A stretch of DNA of 64,000 nt, from contig NC_042999.1 in NCBI RefSeq assembly GCF_006345805.1, positions 36,828,001 to 36,892,000 on the forward strand. The letters are read 5' to 3'. The notes under the pieces are model-generated. The model saw only the letters and a program-made list of their open reading frames with translations, was not told where the DNA came from and made no database searches. The DNA comes from Octopus sinensis. Lineage: Eukaryota. Shown piece after piece: positions 53,908 through 64,000 of the stretch; within the stretch, counting starts at the first letter, position 1, and each line of letters begins with the position of its first letter. A program made the position numbers and the translations under genes.

Positions 53908-56900
53908 ATTTGGATTAACTGTTGAACTGGACGGACGTCTATTTGTCTCTCCTGAGTCAGTAGCAAGCTACACAGCTTCAAAACTAACTGACCTTAAATA
54001 TATATATATTTGTAACCACGTGTTTGCCTACAAACCCGTAAGTACGTTTTCATTTAACTACAAATTGTTATATACACCTGTTTTTCTTTTAATATCCTCA
54101 AACAACCAAATAATCAAAACTCACACCCTTAAGAGAGAACATTTATATATATTATACACTTCTTTAACTCCCAAGAAAGAATATATATATTTTCAAAAAT
54201 CAAAAGGAAAACAAACAAAAGAAAAACAAACATGACTAACTTGCAGGCCTGCAACAGACGAAATTGGTCTGATAACGAAATTGATGTTTTAATAAACACA
54301 TGGCTCTCTCTTTCCCAAACAGAAAATCTAAATGTCTTGTGTTTGAATGAGATTGCCGAAAAAACATCACAAGTGGTCAACACACGATCCGTCAAACAGA
54401 TTCGTAGCAAGTTGAAACATATCGAAGTATCTTTCAAACTGATAAGAGGCCATTATGAAAAGCTTCTACATATTTTCACAGTTCAAGAACAACAACAGCT
54501 AGAAAATCAGCAGCCACAACCAACAACAACAACAGAATGAGCCACTCCTGGTTCCCAACACAATGGCTGACCCTGACATCGGTCAGGCACAACACAACAA
54601 CAACAGCCACAGCAACAAGAACAACAACAGCCACTCCTCAACTCTAGCTTACTAGACGATTCACTAAATGCCAGTATCTTTTCACCGCTCTCACAGCAAC
54701 CACCACAATTATCATCATCATCATCACCACCGCTGCCACCATCGTCTTCTATCACCAAAAATACCAACAGAAAACCAAATAAGAAACCATTGCCCTCTTC
54801 CCCCACATCACCACCTCAATACTACTGCAGTAACAAAAACTTAAAGAAACATAGGAAGCAGAATGCGCCCCCCACGGCACAAACAAGAAATCCCAAATAT
54901 GCCGCTATTCACTGCGCCAGAGACTCTGCACAAATAGTGACTGCATCTTCACGCATCTACCCGGCACTAGACGCACTACTGGCCAAGGCCAAAGCACGCA
55001 TCCCACAATAACATCAAACACCACCAAATAGTAAATCGAAATTCAAAACACACACAAACGGAGTCCCAAAATCTGCCGGTATTCCCAACGTGAGAGAACA
55101 TGTCTACTGAGTGACTGTCCCTTCACTCATCTTCCAGGGACCCGACGCACAAACAGAAACGGGGCCTCAAGCCAACACACAAACCTGAATAACAATAAAA
55201 ATAGAAACACACCATGCTGCAGTAATGCTGGTCCAGTCTTTTCAGGAAGACAAAACAACAACAACAACAAAAGTGGAAACTACAACCCTATCCAACAGTG
55301 CAACCACACCTCCAGCCAAAAACTGCTCCCTAAGCAGGAAAATTCTTTTTTAGCCATGTTGAACATGGCAAAAGAGATACACAAAAACATTCTAGCCATC
55401 ACTCAACACCATCCTATGCTATTACCCCAGTGCACCAATTCCCCACATTGCTGCCACTAACACACACAAAAAATCCAAGCCCCCTGCAACAGTCAAAACC
55501 AGCCACTACACTAACCTCCACATTCCTACTCAATGCACAAGGTGTCAGCCCTTCCATCAATGCACAAAAATGGAAGGTCCAATTCATTGAAGACTGGGTT
55601 GGTAACCATTCACACCACATCCCTTTCTTCATTCTCACTGAGACCCACCTTGACAACTCCCACTTGGAAGCCGAAGTGAGAGTGAAGAATTTCACAACCA
55701 TCCGCGCGGATCGTATCGGCAGGAGGAAGGGTGGAACTGCCATTTTCCTGCATGATTCATTTACGGCAGATGGAAATAGTATATTCTCCAACGGCTACTG
55801 TGAATCAGTCACCGTGCACAACAAAGCCAATGATCTGACAGTAATTGGGCTCTATAGGCCGCCCCAAACACCCATACTGTGCTTTAAGAATGCCTCAACA
55901 GCATTAAGTGCTTTATTCAACAGTGCCATTCTAGCAACATACTCATGATGGGAGACTTCAATCTACCCTGTGTTGACTGGACTACAAACTGTTTGAAACC
56001 AAGCACTCCCGCCTCAACCGCTGACAAAGAAGCAGCAGAGTCACTTTTCGACTTTACGAATGAGTTTTTCTTGTCCCAACTTGTCCTTGCACCAACAAGA
56101 CATCAGAACATTTTGGACCTAGTGTTTAGTAACCACACTAACACTATACATAACGTTACAGTGGAAAAAACCCTTCTTTCAGACCATGACATGGTTCTCT
56201 GTAACATGAAATTCCACCAGCCGAAAGCTAATCCTAGTGACCTTCCTCCAGCCCACCCATTTGACAACATGGATCTCCATAAAGCCAACTGGGATGCAAT
56301 CAGGAACGAGCTATCAAATGTTGACTGGTCCTTTACACATACACACATCTCCACCAACCATAAAACATCTTGGCAGATCTTTGTAGACACCGTCACAGAC
56401 ATATGTGCAAAACACTCCCCACCAAGACCTGTGAACAAAAAGTGCAGAATCCCCCAAACAGAAAAACCATTATCAGAAAAATAAAAAGAACAAACAAAAA
56501 AATTAACAAACTAAAGTACTGCCAACAGCAACACACACATTCGACGGCTATCGCACTGCTTGAATCCAAAAAATATAACCTCCAACAATGCATGAAGTCC
56601 TCATCAATAACCAAAGATCAGCTGAGGAGAAGTGGGCCATTGAAAAAATCAAACTCAACCCCAAGTGTTCTTTTCATTTGCGAGGAAACGCAGGGTCACT
56701 GTCTCCACTGTAGGCCCTCTAATTGACGAAACTGGCACTCTCCAAGATAATGCCAAATCCATGGCCGAGATACTGCAGAAACAAATACTGCTCTGTTTTC
56801 AGCAATCCTGATATGGCCGATCTGGGCTGTATCAGTGATGTCAACCCCAACACACTATATCGGACATAACGTTTAGTGCCCCTGATGTCTTAGCGGCGAT

Positions 56901-58555
56901 AAACGAAAATAAACACAATTCAGCAGTAGGCCCCGATAGGTTCCCTGCTTGTGTCCTGAAGGTGTGTCGACACCAACTTGCATCTCCCCTTGCTAATCTG
57001 TGGAGAAGAAATCACTGGATGCTGGCTATATTCCAAAAAACCTTCTGTCCCAGTCTGTTGTCCCAGTTTTCAAAAAGGGAAACAAGTCCCTTGCAGTGAA
57101 TTACCGTCCGATCTCACTCACCTCTCATATCATCAAGGTATTTGAGAGGGTGGTGAGATCTCAAATAACCCAATTTCTGGAAAGCAACAGACGGCTGATC
57201 TCCAACCAACATGGGTTCCGTAATGGAAGGGACTGCCTAATGCAGCTCCTGCATCACTTTGAGGACATTTTGAGAGCTTTGGAGAGGGCTCCAACACCGA
57301 TGTCATCTACCTTGATTTCAGTAAGGCCTTCGACAGGGTCGATCACAAGATCCTATTGAAAAAACTATCCAACATTGGTGTCTCTGGAAAGTTACTGAAA
57401 TGGATTAAGTGTTTCCTGACAGACAGATCTCAACATGTTGTAGTTGAAGGGGTAAAATCAAGCCCAGCCAAAGTCAGTAGTGGCGTTCCGCAAGGCACTG
57501 TGCTGGGCCCACTTCTTTTCATCATTTACATTAATGACATTAATGACATCATCAAGCACAGCAACATAAAAATCTTTGCAGATGACTCCAAGCTACAGAA
57601 GGTCATAAATGAGGCGAGTGACCGGACATGCCTTCAGTCAGATCTACTGGCTGTTATCCAATGGGCAGAAAAAAAAAAATATGCTGCTGAACGAGGATAA
57701 ATTTGAGCTAATCCACTTTGGAAAAGAGGATGCCCTGAAACTCCCATACTCCCTTCCTTCAGGTGAAACTCTCTCGCGGCGTCCAACAACATCAGAGACT
57801 TGGGAGTAATTGTGGACAACAACGTAAGCTGGGCCACTCATATAAACACCAAAGTTGACATGGCCCGCAGAATGTGTTCCTGGATTCTCAGAACTTTCCA
57901 GTCGAGAGATATCCACACCATTATCCTTCTCTTCTCCACTTTTGCCCGACCCCACCTTGAATACTGTTGTCCACTGTGGTCTCCCCACACAATACAAGGT
58001 ATCAAAAAAGTCGAAGCACCTCAAAGGGCAATCACAAAAAAGATAGATGGCATGACAGGCCTCGACTATTGGGGTCGACTAGAAAAGCTAAAACTCTATT
58101 CTCTCCAACGTCGTCGTGAGCGCTACATCATCTGCATGATGTGGAAAATATTCCATCAGCATTGCCCAAATGATGTTGGCATCACCTTTAAGGTACATCC
58201 AAGGCTTGGGCCCCGTGCCATCCGCCCCAAAACAAAAATCGCACTCTCATCTCATAACAACATACGGACAATTATTTCACCTCAATTGGCCCCGCTCTCT
58301 TTAACATTACACCAACACATTAAAACAGAAACTGACCCTATAGGGTTCAAGAAGTCTTTGGACAGATTCCTTCAAGAAATCCCGGATAAACCCCCTACAC
58401 CCGGATATGTCTCTGTAAACAATAACTCTCTACTTGAGTGGGCCATAGTGCCCAAATTCTGACTTGAAAGACTTCACCAGGTGGTGCTATTAAGTAGACA
58501 TGGCCTGGGCCAATAATGGCCGAAACCTATCAAAGTAATCAAAGTAATCAAAGTA
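53908..58555 (+). mobile_element. Near full-length CR1-group non-LTR retrotransposon (5' UTR, ORF1, APE-RT ORF2, tandem-repeat tail), frameshifted as assembled
   Basis: APE motifs (LTETHL, GGTAIF, GLYRPP, MGDFNLP, SDHDMV). RT motifs (NYRPISLTS, NQHGFR, YLDFSKAFD, GVPQGTVLGPLLFIIYIND, IFADDSKL, HLEYCCPLWSP). Tail (ATCAAAGTA)x3 at 58529-58555. (TA)n on both sides. Confidence 0.92.
54232..55470 (+). pseudogene. ORF1 of the CR1-group LINE: Myb/SANT-like N-terminus, Q/S/P-rich linker, two CCCH fingers (disrupted)
   Basis: RRNWSDNEIDVLINTW...IAE...RSVKQIRSKLKHIEVSFK at 54256-54447. CRYSLRQRLCTNSDCIFTH at 54900-54956 and CRYSQRERTCLLSDCPFTH at 55074-55130. Confidence 0.65.
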
Positions 58556-58616
58556 TATATATATATTATATTTATATATATATACATATATATATAATAT
58601 ATATATATATATATAC

Positions 58617-58650
<34 letters not shown>

Positions 58651-58701
58651 ATATATATATTTATATATTTATATATATATTATATATATATATATTTATA
58701 G

Positions 58702-58732
<31 letters not shown>

Positions 58733-59556
58733 TGAAACTCCCATACTCTCTTCCTTCTGGAGAAATTCTCATGGCATCCAACAACATCAGAGACCTGGAG
58801 TAACAGTGGACAACAACATAAGCTGGGCTACACATATAAGCAGCAAAGTTGACATGGCCCGCAGAATGTGTTCCTGGATTCTCAGAACCTTCCAGTCGAG
58901 AGATTCCCACGCTATTATCCTTCTCTTCTCCACTTTTGCCCGACCCCACCTTGAATACTGCTGTCCACTGTGGTCTCCCTACACAAAACAAAATATTATG
59001 AGAATTGAAGCTCCCCAAAGGTCAATCACAAAAAAGATAGATGGCATGTCAGACCATGACTACTGGGGTAGACTAGAGAGCTGAAATTGTATTCCACTCC
59101 AACGACGCCGTGAACGCTACATTATCTGTATGATGTGGAAAATATTCCATCAGCACTGTCCGAATGATGTTGGCATCACCTTCAAAATGCATCCAAGGCT
59201 TGGACCACATGCCATCCGTCCACAACAAAAATCTAAATCGCATCACATAACGACAATACGGCACAACTATTTCACCTCAATTGGACCCGCTCTCTTCAAC
59301 ATTACACCAGGACACGTCAAAAAAGAAACTGACCACACAAAATTCAAGAAGTCTTTGGACAAATTCCTTCAAACAGTACCGGACAAACCACCCACACCCG
59401 GATATGTCTCCGCAAACATAACTCTCTGCTCGAATGGGCCTTGGTGCCCAAATCCTGAACTGAAAGACTTCGCCAGGTGGTGCTATTAAGCTAGACATGG
59501 CCTGGGCCAATACTGGCCAAAAACCTTTCTAAGTTATTCTAAGTTATTCTAAGTTA
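58733..59556 (+). mobile_element. 5'-truncated copy of a sister subfamily of the same CR1-group LINE
   Basis: Homologous to about 57735-58530 (WILRTFQSRD, HLEYCCPLWSP, PDKPPTPGYVS) but diverged. Tail (TTCTAAGTTA)x3 at 59527-59556. (TA)n on both sides. Confidence 0.9.
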
Positions 59557-59566
59557 TATATATATT

Positions 59567-59629
<63 letters not shown>

Positions 59630-59637
59630 AATATATA

Positions 59638-59685
<48 letters not shown>

Positions 59686-59892
59686 ATATATATATAATGT
59701 AGGATAAAATTTTTCGAAAAAAATTCTATCAATGGCCATCATATTAAAAATACCTTTAAAGGTTAAATTTATAAACAATTTATAAGTAAGGACAAAAGAA
59801 AAAATTTCTAATGCCAAAATATGCTGAAAATAGATGTTATGTCTATTTTCGGCATATTTTGGCATTAGAAATTTTTTCTTTTACCCTTACTT

Positions 59893-59926
<34 letters not shown>

Positions 59927-60064
59927 GCATGGCCACAGCTCATAAGCTGAAACTAGAATCAATCAATCAATCATATATATAAACACATATATATGTGTGT
60001 GTATATATATATATAAACATATATATATATATGTGTGTATATATATAAACACATATATATGTGT

Positions 60065-60118
<54 letters not shown>

Positions 60119-60892
60119 CACACATACACATATATATATTATGTGCCGGTGGCACATAAAAAGCACCCACTACACTCTCTGAGTAGTTAGCATTAGGAAG
60201 GGCATCCAGCTGTAGAAACTTTGCCAGATCAGATTGAGTCTGCTGCAGCCTCTGGCTCACCAGTCCTCAGTCAAACTATCCAACCCATGCCTGTATGGAA
60301 AGCAGACATTATATGATGATGATGATGATGATATATACATATAACCAAACACAACTTGATTTATGTTGGTTGGACAACAGAACAATTAAACAAAATGTGC
60401 AATGGATACATGTATGATGTCAGGCAGAAAAGTAGTAGTTTGACAGAACTCCCTGAACATTTTACATCAGATGGCTGCAGTTTTGAGAAAGTACACATTC
60501 TCACAATATGTGCATCTCTGATCAAAAGCAGAAGTAGTGGGGGAGCATCATAGCCGTGTGTTGAGAGGGATTCTTTGGGGTTTGAATAATTCACCTCTGG
60601 AAACATGGGTGTTTTGTTCAACATTCTTAAACAACCCTTATTCAGAGACCTTTTGAGCAGGATGAGTTACTCAACCAGAAGAAAATTCTAACTGGGCTCC
60701 ACCTGCAAGGTCATGTGCTGTTTATCTTGGTATGAGATCACCATGTTGTGCACATATGGTTGTGAAGCCTGGTGTACCCTTATCAGACAGGTAATCATGA
60801 TGGGTATACTGGGCTTCGTATATTTTACCCCAGTGTCACTTTGATGGCATGCACTGATCTCTCACTCAACAATAATAATAATAATAATAATG

Positions 60893-60925
<33 letters not shown>

Positions 60926-61328
60926 TGTCTATACTCACACACACACACACACACACACGCACACTATTCATAATAGGCTTCTAGGCTTCCATGCAATTTC
61001 CATCTACCAAATTCCACTCATCGCACATTGTTCAACTTAAGACTAATGTAGAAGACACTTGCCCAATGTACCTGTAGCGGGACTGGACTCAGAACATGTA
61101 ATTTATGTAGCAAACTCTCTAACCATAAATTTACACCTGCATTCATTCATTCTTAACTACAAAACTACTTGTGTATTCATATAACACCTTTCTTCCACCC
61201 CTTTGATTTACTCTGTCATTTTTACTTTGTGTAATTTGGATGTATTAATATAAATATCTATATATTTATACTTAAAAACTCATTTTTGAAAGCTTCCTTT
61301 TGCTTTCTCTCAGTTTGTATGTATGCAA

Positions 61329-61437
61329 ACCCTGTATTTCATATATATTTCATATATACATACCCTGTATTTCATATATATTTCATATATACCCTGTATT
61401 TCATATATTTCATATATACATACCCTGTATTTCATAT
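61329..61437. repeat. Minisatellite (ACCCTGTATTTCATATATATTTCATATATAC-like, about 4 units)
   Basis: Repeated ACCCTGTATTTCATAT anchors. Confidence 0.8.
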
Positions 61438-61670
61438 CCAGGCTATTATATTTACTATATATAATTTGCTTATCCACATAACTGCCTTCATATTTGCTCA
61501 GCTTGATCATTCTTATAGCCGCTCTTTACCCCATGGAGTTGATCCCCTGTAAAGACATCAGAGTTTAAATTTGAATCATTTGAGTGCTACTAAGTGTCTT
61601 CTATACTGAGAATCTCAGGGTTTCATCTGTTGATTATATATATATATTATATATATATATTTCTTTCCAG

Positions 61671-61805
61671 GTTTTGCTATTGGACAAGCTGGAATTCTTG
61701 TGATACTTGGCCAATTTGTCATTGCATATGTGATATTGCTGCTAACCGTTCTCTCCATTTGTGCAATCTCTACCAATGGACTTGTTGAAGGCGGAGGAGC
61801 CTATT
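61671..61805 (+). CDS. SLC12A9: SLC12A9-like cotransporter, second coding exon (TM2, GGGAY motif)
   Basis: Acceptor ttctttccag at 61661-61670. The 135-nt phase 1-1 exon encodes (G)[44 protein letters not shown], the conserved SLC12 AISTNG-x3-GGGAY segment. Confidence 0.92.
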
Positions 61806-61815
61806 GTATCCTTTT
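61806..61815 (+). other. U12-type (minor spliceosome) 5' splice site
   Basis: The intron begins GTATCCTTTT, a match to the U12 consensus RTATCCTTT, at the point where SLC12 homology ends. Confidence 0.85.
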
Positions 61816-62489
61816 ACACAATTCAAAATATATTCCATGTTTGTTTGTTTTTTTGTTTGTTTTTTTGTGCATATATATATTTACTAGCAAGCTTGCATGC
61901 TATGCTGGAGAAACATTTACAGAATTGATTTGCTTCTGGCTGCCTGAAAATGGCAAATGAAGATACACCCAGAAAAATTGGCAATGCATGGATTTATGCA
62001 TGTTTTTGTTAAATGTGACTCTCATATTATCAACAGAGTGAAATATCACCTTTTGGTAAATGAATTAACATCCTAGTGCTGCAGCATGTATTGTGTAGTC
62101 GTTATATTTCATGCATTTGACACAATCCAATTTATAGAAATATATAAATAAGTCATAAATAAATAACATATGATGGATGATGTAACAATGTAACATAGAA
62201 CAGTCAATAAAAGAAATACTAAATTATATATTTGCTTAATCTCTTGTTGAGTGAAGTGATGCAGTAGAAGTAAGATAGGCTCATAAGCAAGTGGTTGTAG
62301 AATGAAACTACACTCTGCAATGGAATGGATACTATTTTTGATATTTATACATCACAACTGAGTTGTCTTATAATATACCAACCATATACATATATACCTA
62401 CAGGAGTTGATACAAATTGTATCATGCAATAGAAATTTATATAGGGTCAAAGGGTCACCAACAGACTAGATTACACCAAAACCTTAGTA

Positions 62490-63709
62490 TTAGGTTGTCA
62501 AGTATGAAATTTATAGTAAGGTATATGGTAAACTTTGACAGCTGCTCATTTTGTGTCATTATTATATTTTGACAATCTTTATTTCTTGTTAGAAAGCTGA
62601 CACATCTATTTCTTTATTCTAACTCATTTTGCGCTTTATAAAGTATTTATAATTCCGTTTTTTGCTATTTTTGTTTAGAGATGGATAAGTTTTGAAATAT
62701 GAGTTCTTTCTTGGAAATACAGATAGCTCAGAATATTAATGGAGTATTTCATTCTAATGTTATTACACAACAGCAGTATCAAATTGGTTTGCAAAATTTC
62801 GTTCTGGTAACTTTGACCCCACAAATGAGCAACGCGGTTGACCAGAAACAATGGTGTATAATGACAAACTGAAAGCCACCGTCGTGTCACATCCATCTCA
62901 AAGTGCCTGTGAATTTTTGTTGTTGTTTGGTGTTAGCAAGCAAATAATATTGACTCACCTAGTTAAGTGAAAAAGTTGGATAAGTGGGTTCGACATGAAC
63001 TCAATGAAAATCAGAAACAGCAACGTTTGGAAACCTGCATTATGCTACTTTTACGTCACAAAAATGAATCATTTTTAATCTAATTGTAACATGATGAGAA
63101 ATGGATTCAATACAACAACTGTAAATGTTCAGAACAATGGTTGGACAACGAGTCATTAAAACCGTCCAAAATACAAAATTCATCAAAAGAAGCTGATGGT
63201 ATATGTTTGGTGGTCTGGTGCAGGTGTGATCCATTATGATTTCATTAAACCTGGTTAATCAATCATGCCCAAAGTATACTGCAGCCAACTGGACCAAATG
63301 ATGCAGAAACTTACAAAAAAAAAACAGCCAAGATTAGTCAACAGATCCACTCCTATTTTATTGCAAGACAACACCAGACCACACATCGTAAAATTGACTT
63401 TGGTGAAACTACAGGAATTGGAGCTGGAAGTTCTCTATCATCCACCATACTTGCCTGATCTTGCCTCCACTGACTACCACTTCTTCCAGAATTCGGATAA
63501 GTTTTTGATAGGAAAAAATTTAAATTCCAATGATGCTGTTAACCAGGCCTTCCAAGATTTTATTGACTCTAGATTGCCAGGCTTTTACAGTTCCGGGCTG
63601 GACAAAACTACCACTGAAATAGCAAAAGTGTTGACAATATGGGTGCATACTTTGATGAATAAAACTATTCCTTGTATTTATAAAACAAATTTCATACTTG
63701 ACAACCTAA
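62490..63709 (+). mobile_element. Mariner transposon, degenerate, both TIRs present
   Basis: TIRs TTAGGTTGTCAAGTATGAAATTT and AAATTTCATACTTGACAACCTAA. Motifs WVRHELNE, LLQDNTRPH, YLPDLASTDYHFF. Confidence 0.92.
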
Positions 63710-64000
63710 CAGCATAGTGGGCAGAGATAACAGCAGCAACAGGACTTTTAGTATATAGGCTATGTAAATTTATCTCACTCACAGATGTTTGAATATACTT
63801 AATTAGTAGTTATATTGAATACTTTTAATTAGTAGTTGTATTGAATATACTTAATTAGCAGTTATATACTTATTAATAATTATATTAAAATGCTTGTATT
63901 ACGTTTGAGAAGTCAAGGAATTGAAATAGGTGCTTTTCAAGTATCTTCATCAACATAAATGATTAAGTGAAATAGTTATAATCTATGATCAAATTTTTTG

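Larger units (their letters stand above)
30730..61670 (+). other. Intron of the SLC12A9-like gene (30,941 nt, GT-AG, phase 1)
   Basis: In-frame junction FLRA-G-FAIG. No intervening SLC12-like coding segment was seen and none is needed. Confidence 0.85.

Noticed and set aside
54507-54806. Minus-strand Gly/Cys/Asp-rich ORF
   Set aside because: It is the antisense shadow of the CAA/TCA-rich ORF1 linker.

Overview
Repeat-saturated, AT-rich animal DNA, most likely a coleoid cephalopod (Octopus), inferred from the repeat repertoire and microsatellite density. One host gene is supported: the first two coding exons of an SLC12A9-like cation-chloride cotransporter on the + strand (30381-30729 and 61671-61805). 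They are separated by a 30.9 kb intron, and exon 2 is followed by a U12-type (GTATCCTTT) 5' splice site. The rest is mobile DNA: several tRNA-headed SINE families, RTE LINE fragments, two TIR-bounded mariner copies, Tc1 and Tigger relics, piggyBac-like and TA-flanked MITEs, three non-autonomous Helitrons, R4/Dong fragments in (AAT)n, and Penelope-type repeats with minimal hammerhead cores. The most unusual element is a near full-length CR1-group LINE embedded in (TA)n. Its ORF1 appears to combine a Myb/SANT (trihelix-like) domain with two CCCH fingers, and many of its frameshifts sit in homopolymers. All family assignments are by eye; no searches were run.
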